The notes below the pieces were generated by a model, which saw only the letters and a program-made list of their open reading frames with translations, was not told the origin of the DNA and did no database searches. Of a stretch of 32,000 nt of DNA, positions 7,762 through 15,910 are shown one piece after another. Origin of the DNA: Sedimentisphaera cyanobacteriorum. Its GTDB lineage: Bacteria > Planctomycetota > Phycisphaerae > Sedimentisphaerales > Sedimentisphaeraceae. The DNA is taken from the NCBI RefSeq assembly GCF_001997385.1, contig NZ_CP019633.1, positions 2,040,001 through 2,072,000 on the forward strand. Reading direction: 5' to 3'. The translations under genes were made by a program, and so were the position numbers. The stretch's first letter is position 1. The number at the start of each line of letters is the position of its first letter.

Positions 7762-10700
7762 GGCTTGTACTCCTCGCCTTTTTGCAGCGTGCCCTTGTAG
7801 ATCCAGGCCGTGTCGCGCACGTAAGCGAAATCGGCGGCGAAACCACCGAAATACCAGACCTTACCCTTTTCGTCCGGAAAGGGCGACGGTTCAATGGTGC
7901 GCACCCCCTGAAGCCGGACGCCATCGGGCTGGTTCGCGGGATCTTTGATCGCGCCCCAATCATAGGAACCGGGACCGTTGCGCACCAGGAAGTAGGCGCC
8001 GTTAGAGCCCGCCTGCGGACTGCGCGGGTGGATGACGAAAGTGGTGACCAGATAAACCGCCCGGCCGTCATCCGGGCGGGTGAACGGCGTGAACCGGTTC
8101 AACGCGGCGCCAGTCATGAAGACACCGACGTTCGGCCAGGCATCGAACACGTTCGCGAAGTAGTTCTCGTAGTTGATTTCGTCCGTGGCGGCGAACTCGT
8201 TCGTGGGTTCGATGCGCCGGATGACCGGTAGCGGCGGGCGCTCCAGGGCACCAAGCAGCGCCGGTTTGCCATCGCTTCCGGTCACCGTGGTCAGGCCGCG
8301 CATCAGGAATTCGAACGGACCCTCATTTTCAAACCAGGAATAGACCCGTTCCCATCGCGGTTTCGCTCCGGAGATGCGCCGAAACAGCCCGCCTTGCTTG
8401 CCCCGCTGCCGTTGATTCGAGTAACCGAAAGCCGCGTAGAGAACGCCATCGCAAATTTCCATGCGCTGCGGACGGCCATACGGGCCACCTGCCATCTCGT
8501 TTTCCGGGGTCCAGCGCAGCCGCCCTGGTGCTTGCGGATCGTAGACGCCCCGATAGATGCCGCCGAAGTCCGCGGCGGCGAAAACCTCGCCGTCGTGCAC
8601 AATCAGGTCCCGGATGCCTGCATAACCGGGCTGATCCTCTGGAAGGGGCGCGATCCGTGAAAGGGTCCACGTGCCGGTTTCGTCATTGCGAACCGCGACG
8701 GTGAGCCACTTCTCTCCCCTGCGGATGTCGTAAAGTCCGGCCGCCAGGAGCGAGACCGGCTTCGGCAACGGTTTGCCGTCAGGATCTTCGGTGAACCGCA
8801 GCACTTCCAGGCAGTTAATGCGCAGGTGGTCCCGGCCGAAGGACTCCTCGGCGATCCACGGCCCGTCGCCGCGGTCCTTGCGCAAAATCTGCGGTCCGGG
8901 ATAGCCGGGGTAGGGTTTCACGGTAACATCGCTCTTCAACATGCTGGTGCCGGCGAAGAGCTTGCCCTCGTGGGCGGTGAGCCACATCAGTTCAGTGCCG
9001 CCGAGAAGCTGGCCGTTCGGGTCGCGGGTGCCGGGGAAGTAGTCTTTCTCGAAGGTGAACCAATCGACCTGCTTGCCGATGGGAACGAGCGCCGATTCCG
9101 GCGTGATCGGCCCGCGCTCCGCGCTCTTCCCCAGCTTGGCGACGAATTCCGTCCGGGTGATCTCCCCACTGCGATCCTGGTCGAAGACCTTGAAGATGGT
9201 TTGGTTGGGGAATTCCCGTTGGGTTACCACGCCGTCTCCGTCGAAGTCCATGGCGTGATACCTCAGGTTCAGCGCCTTGTTGGCGGCTTTGTCCGCGTCG
9301 TCTTTGGGTTTGTCTGAACCGGCGGGGGCAGGCTTGGCTTCGGACGTTCCGCCAGGTGAAGCCTCCCTGCCGGGCCAGCGTGCCGATACCGTGCGAAGCT
9401 CCTCGATCGACAAAGCTCCATCCTGGTCGCGGTCCGCGAATCTGAGTATCCTGGCGAGGCTGGGAAACTGCGTGAGTTCGTTGCCGGAGAGCTTCCCGTC
9501 GCCATTGCGATCGAGCCTGTCGAACCAATCTGGGCCACCGGCTTCGGCCTGGGTGACCTTGCCGTCGTTGTCAGCATCGAGTCGCTGGAACAGGCGCTCT
9601 GGACGGGTCAGCTCAGACCCCGTCTGCTGGTTTTGCCGCCACTCCACAAATTCAAAGATGGCACCTCCCGGACCGTGATACATCAGCACATTGCCGCGTG
9701 GGTTGACCGAGCCGGACAATCCCTCCTCGGTGAGCCCCGTGTGGACAGCGTCGGCGCTCTTGACCTTGTGCGCACGCTTCGCATGCTTCTGGAAAAAATC
9801 CCACATGAGGTCATTGGCGGAGATATCTGTGGTGGATGCGCCAAGCATGGCAACGGGCGGTTCCATACCGGGCCAGGTGTGGCCGCCGCCGTCAATTTCA
9901 TACAACACCACCTCTGAACCGTTCTTCCCTTCGCCCCAAACCTTGCGGATCACCCGCATGCCGTCATCTGCCGTGTCGGGCATTGGGGTAACGGTTGGTT
10001 CTTTTGCGCAGCCGTTGGCTTCAACCCAGCAGTTGATCGAATGCTCCACCGAAAAAAACTCCGGTCGCATGGATGCCGGAACATTTGAAGTGCCTTTTCC
10101 CCGCCCGCCGTTAAACGGAGCCAGTTCGTCCGCCGTCCCGTGGAAGTGGATGACCGATACCGGCGAGGCCGGGTTGCACTCCGCGGTGCCCATCGGCCCG
10201 CCGACCGGAGCGATCGCGGCGAACCGGTCGGCCAGTTCGGACGCTACCCGGTACGCCATCATCCCACCGTTGGAGATGCCGGTTGCGAAGACCCGTTCCT
10301 TGTCCACATTCACGACTGCTTCCAGGTCGCCGAGCAAAGCCTTTGTGAACCCCACGTCGTCGATCTTCTTCCGCTTGGCATACCCACCGACGTTGCCGGC
10401 GTTGAACGTCAGATTCTTGTCTTTGTCGGTCCCACTGCCGAACGGGTAGACGACAACGAATCCGGCGTCATCCGCCTTCTCATTAAGACCGCTCAGCCGG
10501 ATCATACTCTGCGGATTGCCGCCGCCGCCGTGAAATGCGACTACAACTGGCGTTTTTCGATCCGCTGTGTAATTCGGAGGAACGTGGATTCGGTAACGGC
10601 GTTCTTGTCCTTCTACGTCAATGGTCCGGGTGCGATCGCCCGCTCCGAAGGCGCCCCCGGCTTCCTCGGGCGGCGCAGGACGACGCATGGATCGCGCGAT

Positions 10701-10925
10701 CGCACCGGCGAATTCCCGGAAGCTGAGCAAACCGTCGTTGTCTTGGTCAGCCCCCTCCAGACGCGATTCTAACCGTGGAACGGTTTTGAGCTCAGTCGCC
10801 GATAGCTGACCGTCTTTGTTGGCGTCCAGCCGCTCAAACCCTTGCCGCAGGCGGGAGCCGTCCTGAGCAGCCGCGCAATTGACGAAGATATACAGCGAGC
10901 ACAAAAGGATGAATGTCAGTCTCAT
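7758..10925 (-). CDS. Secreted mosaic hydrolase: EF-hands + PHB-depolymerase/LpqC-type esterase, central EF-hand array, C-terminal domain shared with the 884-aa protein
   Basis: 1055 aa. About the first 385 aa parallel the 874-aa protein, nearly identical over roughly 245 aa. The central part has at least 5 D-x-D/N-x-D-G loops. The C-terminal roughly 450 aa align with the 884-aa protein (FEKDYFPGTRDPNGQLLGGTELMWLTAHEGKLFAG vs FEHSYLAGTRDPEGHFLGGTETMHLVAHEGKLFAG). Confidence 0.9.
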   Translation of the reverse strand: MRLTFILLCSLYIFVNCAAAQDGSRLRQGFERLDANKDGQLSATELKTVPRLESRLEGADQDNDGLLSFREFAGAIARSMRRPAPPEEAGGAFGAGDRTRTIDVEGQERRYRIHVPPNYTADRKTPVVVAFHGGGGNPQSMIRLSGLNEKADDAGFVVVYPFGSGTDKDKNLTFNAGNVGGYAKRKKIDDVGFTKALLGDLEAVVNVDKERVFATGISNGGMMAYRVASELADRFAAIAPVGGPMGTAECNPASPVSVIHFHGTADELAPFNGGRGKGTSNVPASMRPEFFSVEHSINCWVEANGCAKEPTVTPMPDTADDGMRVIRKVWGEGKNGSEVVLYEIDGGGHTWPGMEPPVAMLGASTTDISANDLMWDFFQKHAKRAHKVKSADAVHTGLTEEGLSGSVNPRGNVLMYHGPGGAIFEFVEWRQNQQTGSELTRPERLFQRLDADNDGKVTQAEAGGPDWFDRLDRNGDGKLSGNELTQFPSLARILRFADRDQDGALSIEELRTVSARWPGREASPGGTSEAKPAPAGSDKPKDDADKAANKALNLRYHAMDFDGDGVVTQREFPNQTIFKVFDQDRSGEITRTEFVAKLGKSAERGPITPESALVPIGKQVDWFTFEKDYFPGTRDPNGQLLGGTELMWLTAHEGKLFAGTSMLKSDVTVKPYPGYPGPQILRKDRGDGPWIAEESFGRDHLRINCLEVLRFTEDPDGKPLPKPVSLLAAGLYDIRRGEKWLTVAVRNDETGTWTLSRIAPLPEDQPGYAGIRDLIVHDGEVFAAADFGGIYRGVYDPQAPGRLRWTPENEMAGGPYGRPQRMEICDGVLYAAFGYSNQRQRGKQGGLFRRISGAKPRWERVYSWFENEGPFEFLMRGLTTVTGSDGKPALLGALERPPLPVIRRIEPTNEFAATDEINYENYFANVFDAWPNVGVFMTGAALNRFTPFTRPDDGRAVYLVTTFVIHPRSPQAGSNGAYFLVRNGPGSYDWGAIKDPANQPDGVRLQGVRTIEPSPFPDEKGKVWYFGGFAADFAYVRDTAWIYKGTLQKGEEYKP

Positions 10926-10960
10926 AGAAGCTCCTCCGGCCTATCGCCGAACTTCTTATT
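10115..10960. repeat. Near-identical duplicated tract, copy 2
   Basis: See 4045-4890. Offset is 6070. Confidence 0.85.
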
Positions 10961-11003
10961 CTACACAAATCTCTTTTTCCCATCAGAAAATTCTTAAAAC
11001 GAA

Positions 11004-11032
11004 ATTGTATCGATTCGCCATCTGGCTGTCAA
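11004..11032 (-). promoter_or_regulatory. Near-consensus sigma70-type promoter for the hydrolase gene string
   Basis: Minus strand reads TTGACA, 17 nt, TACAAT, about 80 nt upstream of the ATG at 10925. Confidence 0.5.
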
Positions 11033-11085
11033 GCGGTTATTGCAGGGATTCTCTTGACTCCATGGGAGGATCGCCTAAAATAACA

Positions 11086-11250
11086 TCAGAAATTGAGTGA
11101 TATGGAGATTTGTGTATAATCAGGGTATGACATTATGCAGGATTCAGGTAGCAGAATGCAGGCCGCTTCAGAGAATATCTCGACCAGGACAGCTCGGCGA
11201 TGGGCGGCAGAGAGTTTTTCGGCATAGCTTGGCGATTTAAGATTTGACAT
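11086..11250 (-). pseudogene. Truncated duplicate of the gene at 1-174
   Basis: MSNLKSPSYAEKLSAAHRRAVLVEIFSEAAC matches copy 1 for 31 codons. Homology stops at 11158 and the frame then runs into unrelated sequence and a stop. Confidence 0.6.
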
Positions 11251-11339
11251 ATTCAGCTCCAATGAGTGTTCGGTTTCGATTTACCTGACAGGCGTTGTTA
11301 ACTCGCTGAATTGTCATGCTGTCACAAAAGAGCGGGGTT
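11158..11339. repeat. Repeat A, copy 2
   Basis: Matches 82-264. Confidence 0.9.
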
Positions 11340-11425
11340 GAAAAGAACGGACTGTTAAGGTGGTTGAATAAATGTTGAAATATTCAACAAAATGGCAATA
11401 TAAGCCATATATTTGCAGTTTTTAC

Positions 11426-11454
11426 TTGTAAAAGTGGATAGGGGGGGGTATAAT
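11426..11454 (+). promoter_or_regulatory. Candidate promoter with a G8 homopolymer in the spacer, facing the DGR
   Basis: TTGTAA (11426-11431), a 17-nt spacer ending in GGGGGGGG (11441-11448), then TATAAT (11449-11454). Confidence 0.4.
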
Positions 11455-11518
11455 AGATACTTTAAATAGTGTTTTGATCGTCAAGACACGCTAGAATCTG
11501 AAAATTAATGGTTTTTTT

Positions 11519-13171
11519 GAGCCTGTTGCATAAATAATTGTCAGTGATTGCTCTTTTACAAGTGAATAAATCCAGCTTTTCGGTTATAATAGGCCAAAAG
11601 GATTGCTAAACATGTAAAGGATTACGAAATGGCTTACAATTTCCTGCCTTGCGACCGAAATCAGGCGTATCTTCTGCCTCCCTCATTGACGGATTGGCTG
11701 CCGGAAGATCATCTGGCGTGGTTTGTTCTTGATGCGGTTGAACAAATCGACCTATCGCAGTTTTACAAAAAATACCGTACTGATGGAGTCGGCAATTCAG
11801 CTTTTCATCCTTCGATGATGGTTGCTCTGCTGATATATTCCTACTGTAGCGGCGAGCGTTCCAGCAGAAAGATAGAAAAGCACTGCCAGACGGATGTAGC
11901 CTATAAAGTTGTTACTGCCAATCAATATCCCGACCACAGTACGATCAGCCGATTTCGCAAGGATAACCAGTCGCATTTAAAGAAGTTGTTTCTGGAAATC
12001 CTCAGGCTTTGTGTTGAAGCAGACATTGTTAAACTCGGCAATGTTTCATTGGATGGGACAAAGATCAAAGCCAATGCTTCGTTATCAGCCAATCGAACAC
12101 TAAAGCACCTGGAGCAGGAAATCGATAAGATGCTATCCGAGGCGGACGCTAAAGACGCCGAGGAAGACAAAGCTTATGGCGCTGATAAGCGAGGCGATGA
12201 ACTGCCCGAAGATATGCGGGACCGCAATAGCCGAATAAACCGTCTAAAGGCCTGTAAAGAGCGTTTAGAGCAGGAAAAAGCAGAAGCCGAAAAACAACAG
12301 CAGGACAAGATAGATGAGCGGAAATCCAAAGAAGAAAATACCGGCAAAAAGCCTCGTGGTCGTAAGCCCAAACCTGCCGAAGAAGCTGGAAACAAAGATG
12401 CCAAAGCCAATGTTACCGACCCCGACAGCAGAATCATGAAAACTCGAAAAGGTTTCGTTCAGGGTCTTAATGCTCAGGCGGTGACAACAGAGCAACAGAT
12501 TATCGTTGCTGAGGATGTGACCCAAGAGGAAAATGATAAACAGCAATTACATCCGATGCTTGAGCAGGCCGAAGAAAATCGACAGGCCGTTGAAATCGAA
12601 GAGGAAATGGGTGTGGCTTTGGCAGATGCTGGCTATTGCAGTGAAGATAATTTTACAAAGGAGCCTGCTGGTGACATTGAGTTGCTGGTGGCGACACAGA
12701 AAGATTATAAGCAGCGAAAGGCAATGGCCGAGCAACCGCCGCCGGAAGAACCGATACCGGACGGCTTGTCGCCGACAGAATTGATGGAACGTAAACTGCT
12801 GACCGAACGAGGGCGAGAATTATATAAGATTCGAGGTCAGACAGTCGAACCAGTGTTTGGGCAGATTAAAGATGTTCGCGGTTTTGATCGATTTATGCAA
12901 CGAGGCATTGAGGCTTGCCGCGGTGAGTGGTCGCTGATTTGCGCTACGCACAACCTTTTGAAGTTGTGGCGAAGCAAAAAGGCCTGCTGGAATTGATAAA
13001 AAGGCCGTTTTTATTCGTTTTGACGTGTAATTTTGCTTGTTTTTTTGGCGAAAACACGATACCATATAAAAAGCTAAGAAAAGGTGTTTGGGAAACAGAG
13101 AATTGAGCCGTCTGCCCCAGACAGCCGTCGAATCCAATGGTTGGATTCGAAAATCATTGTGCAACAGGCTC
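11519..13171 (+). mobile_element. IS1182-family insertion sequence (about 1.65 kb)
   Basis: Terminal inverted repeats GAGCCTGTTGCA at 11519-11530 and, as reverse complement, 13160-13171, with an imperfect extension to about 21 bp. T-runs on both flanks could be a TTTT target duplication. It contains a single transposase ORF. Confidence 0.8.
11629..12996 (+). CDS. IS1182-family (IS5-related, DUF772 + DDE) transposase
   Basis: 455 aa. N-terminus NFLPCDRNQAYLLPPSLTDWLPEDHLAWFVLDAVEQIDLSQFY...PDHSTISRFR, a central Lys/Glu-rich coiled segment, and C-terminal GQTVEPVFGQIKDVRGFDRFMQRG. Confidence 0.92.
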   Translation: MAYNFLPCDRNQAYLLPPSLTDWLPEDHLAWFVLDAVEQIDLSQFYKKYRTDGVGNSAFHPSMMVALLIYSYCSGERSSRKIEKHCQTDVAYKVVTANQYPDHSTISRFRKDNQSHLKKLFLEILRLCVEADIVKLGNVSLDGTKIKANASLSANRTLKHLEQEIDKMLSEADAKDAEEDKAYGADKRGDELPEDMRDRNSRINRLKACKERLEQEKAEAEKQQQDKIDERKSKEENTGKKPRGRKPKPAEEAGNKDAKANVTDPDSRIMKTRKGFVQGLNAQAVTTEQQIIVAEDVTQEENDKQQLHPMLEQAEENRQAVEIEEEMGVALADAGYCSEDNFTKEPAGDIELLVATQKDYKQRKAMAEQPPPEEPIPDGLSPTELMERKLLTERGRELYKIRGQTVEPVFGQIKDVRGFDRFMQRGIEACRGEWSLICATHNLLKLWRSKKACWN

Positions 13172-13189
13172 TTTTAGAGGAGAAAAGAG

Positions 13190-14047
13190 ATGAGAAGTTT
13201 ATTGGCAGTTTGTTTATGTGTATGTTTCATTTCGGGTATTTCATTTGCAGGCACAGTGACGGTTGGGGGTATTGACCTTGATTTTGTGACGATTGGTAAT
13301 GCGGGCAACGCCGCTGACAGTACCGGTTATGGTGCAGTCGATTATGCGTATCAGATCGGCAAATATGAGATCACCAATGGCCAGTGGAATGCCTTTGTAT
13401 CCGCTGCGGGTGCACCGACAGGCAATCCAAGTCACGCTTATGACGGAAGTGCTTACTGGACGGGCACGAACGTGCCGACGAACAGTGTCAGTTGGTATGA
13501 GGCGGCTCAGTTCTGCAATTACCTGACCAGCGGTGACAGGTATTCCGGGGCCTACAATTTCAGCCAAAGCGGAGATTTTCTTGGTGTTGACCGCGCTTCT
13601 GCCATTTCGGCGTATGGCACCACATACGTTATTCCTACTGAGGATGAATGGTACAAGGCGGCGTATTACACCGGTAGCGGTTATTCGCTGTATGCCAATG
13701 GAACGAATACAGCTCCGATTGCAGGTACTGATACGAACTATGATTATGTAATAGGACAGCCCTGGGAAGTTGGTGTTGGAAATGGCACCCAAGAACAGAA
13801 CGGGACCTATGATATGATGGGCAATGTTTGGGAGTGGAACGAAGCCCTGATCTCTGGTCCCAGTCGCGGCATCCGCGGTGGCTCCTACTACGTCAGCGAC
13901 TTCGACCTCAGTTCGTCCATCCGGGGCAGCGGCTACCCGAACAACGAGAGCATCAGCGTAGGGTTCCGCGTCGCCTCCGTCCCTGAACCGTGCAGTTTAG
14001 TGTTGCTTGGGTTAGGTGGATTGGCTTTACGATACAGGAAACGTTAG
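13190..14047 (+). CDS. DGR variable (target) protein: signal peptide, FGE-sulfatase/C-type-lectin-fold domain, PEP-CTERM anchor
   Basis: 285 aa. Motifs SVSWYEAAQFCNYL, PTEDEWYKAAY, GNVWEWNE, RGGSY and GFRVAS, then VPEPCSLVLLGLGGLALRYRKR. VR lies at the 3' end. Confidence 0.9.
   Translation: MRSLLAVCLCVCFISGISFAGTVTVGGIDLDFVTIGNAGNAADSTGYGAVDYAYQIGKYEITNGQWNAFVSAAGAPTGNPSHAYDGSAYWTGTNVPTNSVSWYEAAQFCNYLTSGDRYSGAYNFSQSGDFLGVDRASAISAYGTTYVIPTEDEWYKAAYYTGSGYSLYANGTNTAPIAGTDTNYDYVIGQPWEVGVGNGTQEQNGTYDMMGNVWEWNEALISGPSRGIRGGSYYVSDFDLSSSIRGSGYPNNESISVGFRVASVPEPCSLVLLGLGGLALRYRKR
13860..13980 (+). repeat. DGR variable repeat (VR)
   Basis: Gap-free alignment with TR at offset 1730. By hand count all 22 mismatches fall at TR adenines. 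Confidence 0.9.
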
Positions 14048-14087
14048 GGGCTTTCCCTTTATCCTTTTTTTCTTTTACCCTTTTGGG

Positions 14088-14110
14088 GAGCAGGGGCGAA
14101 GCCCCTGCTC
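14088..14110 (+). promoter_or_regulatory. GC-rich hairpin between target gene and avd
   Basis: GAGCAGGGGC-gaa-GCCCCTGCTC, a perfect 10-bp stem. There is no adjacent T-run on either strand. Confidence 0.5.
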
Positions 14111-14135
14111 GCTCGAAAATTGAATTTTAAAATGA

Positions 14136-14519
14136 ATGAATTCTGAGAAACCCAACGGTTTAAAAGGCGATGTGCCCATCTTGCTGTCCAAATGGTACGA
14201 TGTCTGCAAATGGATACTGGCGAAAGTTGACAGCTTTCCAAAGAACCAGAGGTTCATATTTGGCACACGCCTGGCAGACCGGTCACTGGGGATTTTGGAA
14301 ACACTGGTTGAGGCCGCTTACAGCAGCGGTGATAAAAAATTAGAGTTGCTCAGGACCGCCAATCGTGATCTGGCGGTCTTGAGATGGCTGATCCGCATGG
14401 CCAAAGATCGGCAGATCATCACGCTGAAGCAGTATCAATATGCCTGCGGTCTACTGGTTGAGTGCGGGCGTATGCTGGGGGGCTGGATAAAGGATTCCGA
14501 AAAAAGGAACCGGCCATGA
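14136..14519 (+). CDS. avd: DGR accessory variability determinant (Avd-like four-helix-bundle protein)
   Basis: 127 aa, helical and basic (WYDVCKWILAKVDSFPKNQRFIFGTRLADRSL...). It sits between the target and the RT, and its stop overlaps the RT start (ATGA at 14516-14519). Confidence 0.8.
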   Translation: MNSEKPNGLKGDVPILLSKWYDVCKWILAKVDSFPKNQRFIFGTRLADRSLGILETLVEAAYSSGDKKLELLRTANRDLAVLRWLIRMAKDRQIITLKQYQYACGLLVECGRMLGGWIKDSEKRNRP

Positions 14520-15562
14520 AACGACATAAACAACTCTATGAGTCGGTCTGTTCCTTTGAAAACCTCTATGCCGCTGCGGTAAAGGCCATGAAGGGCAAAC
14601 GCGGCAAACGGCCGGGAGCGGGCTTTTATGCCGAGATGGAGGATGAGATCATCACGCTGCAAAAGCAGCTTCTGGATGGAACCTATTGTCACGGCGGGTA
14701 TCATTACTTCGAGATTCACGAACCGAAACAGCGGACCGTAGCGGCGGCGGAATTTCGGGACCGGGTGGTACATCATGCCGTTATCCGGGTTATCGAGCCG
14801 CTGTTTGAGAGACGGTTTATCGAAGATAGCTATGCATGCCGGGTGAATAAGGGTACGCATGCTGGAATGAAACGGGCGGCACATTATGCGCGGCGTTTTG
14901 ATTATGCCCTGAAGTGTGACATTCGCAAGTATTTTGCCCATATTGACCATGAAATTCTTCTGTATTTATTCGCAAAGGTCATCGGAGATAAACAGCTGCT
15001 GGACCTGCTGCAACATGTCATCGGCAGTCATCGTGACGGCTGGCGGATGGTAGTGCCGAAAGGCGGGCTGCCGCTGTTTGACGGTCAGCTGGCGAGCCGG
15101 GGACTGCCTATCGGAAACCTGACCAGCCAGTTTTCGGCGAACGTTTACCTCAATCCGCTGGATCATTTTGTCAAACACGATTTACGCTGCAAGGGGTATG
15201 TGCGGTATATGGATGACTTCCTGCTGTTTAGTAATGACAAGCATCAGTTGCGGGATTGGGGTGATGCAGTCCGTGAAATCGTCAACGGTTTGAGACTGAA
15301 GATTCATCCCGATAAATATCGATTGCTGCGGTGTGACTGCGGGGTGGACTTTTGCGGATTTGTGGTGTTTGGTAACGGTCGTATTCGTGTACGTCGATCA
15401 ACGGCGCGGCGTTTCCACAGACGGTATCAAAAGAACCTGGAAGCTGTTAATAATTGTTTGGGCGATGCTGCGTCTCTGTCGCAGTCAGTGGCTGCCTGGG
15501 TCGGCCATGTCAAACACGCCCAAAGCTGGAATTTGAGAAAGGCGGTTTTATGCGGTTCATAA
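14516..15562 (+). CDS. DGR reverse transcriptase
   Basis: The ORF track starts at 14462. I prefer the ATG at 14516 ([11 protein letters not shown]...), which overlaps the avd stop. It has the IGNLTSQ motif typical of DGR RTs and the YMDD catalytic box. Confidence 0.93.
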   Translation: MKRHKQLYESVCSFENLYAAAVKAMKGKRGKRPGAGFYAEMEDEIITLQKQLLDGTYCHGGYHYFEIHEPKQRTVAAAEFRDRVVHHAVIRVIEPLFERRFIEDSYACRVNKGTHAGMKRAAHYARRFDYALKCDIRKYFAHIDHEILLYLFAKVIGDKQLLDLLQHVIGSHRDGWRMVVPKGGLPLFDGQLASRGLPIGNLTSQFSANVYLNPLDHFVKHDLRCKGYVRYMDDFLLFSNDKHQLRDWGDAVREIVNGLRLKIHPDKYRLLRCDCGVDFCGFVVFGNGRIRVRRSTARRFHRRYQKNLEAVNNCLGDAASLSQSVAAWVGHVKHAQSWNLRKAVLCGS

Positions 15563-15589
15563 AGGGCAGCGGGATTAATGGCGATGGAT

Positions 15590-15710
15590 CCAATCGCGGC
15601 ATCCGCGGTGGCTCCTACAACAACAACGACAACAACCTCAGATCGTCCAACCGGAACAACAACAACCCGAACAACGAGAACAACAACATAGGGTTCCGCG
15701 TCGCCTCCAA
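15590..15710 (+). ncRNA. DGR template repeat (TR)
   Basis: Starts 28 nt after the RT stop. It is a run of AAC-rich triplets (42 A in 120 nt by hand count) and matches VR at every non-A position. Confidence 0.9.
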
Positions 15711-15826
15711 GCCCCTTACGATAAATCTGCCGGTCAGAATCGCAACGGTGTCATAGCTGCTGCGACCGTACCGTTCAGGGACTACCCGCCTGTCCTGCGG
15801 CTCACTGGTGAGCGGCAAATAACAAG

Positions 15827-15877
15827 GCTCTGTTTGCGGCAAGTAGATTCTCGAAAGGCGTGGACAGAGCTGTTTTT
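15827..15877 (+). terminator. Possible terminator of the DGR transcript
   Basis: GCTCTGT, about 30 nt, ACAGAGC, then TGTTTTT. The stem is weak and the loop long. Confidence 0.3.
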
Positions 15878-15910
15878 AATATACGGTTCCGGTGGAAAAT
15901 ATGTCAGCAG

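Larger units (their letters stand above)
2150..11060. other. High-GC compositional island (three hydrolase genes)
   Basis: GC content visibly jumps from about 40% to about 60% and drops again at both ends. All three genes are on the minus strand. Confidence 0.8.

Noticed and set aside
12174-12735. Several 60-95-aa minus-strand ORFs inside the transposase gene.
   Set aside because: They are antisense frames of the Lys/Glu-rich, low-complexity part of the transposase.
13241-14950. Long minus-strand ORFs (13241-13792, 183 aa; 14435-14950, 171 aa) antisense to the DGR target and RT.
   Set aside because: They have no motifs and lie fully inside well-supported plus-strand genes.
15454-15756. A 100-aa ORF with an extreme Asn run (NNNDNN...[11 protein letters not shown]).
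   Set aside because: This is the DGR template repeat read as protein. It starts inside the RT gene in another frame, and the Asn run is the AAC-rich TR.
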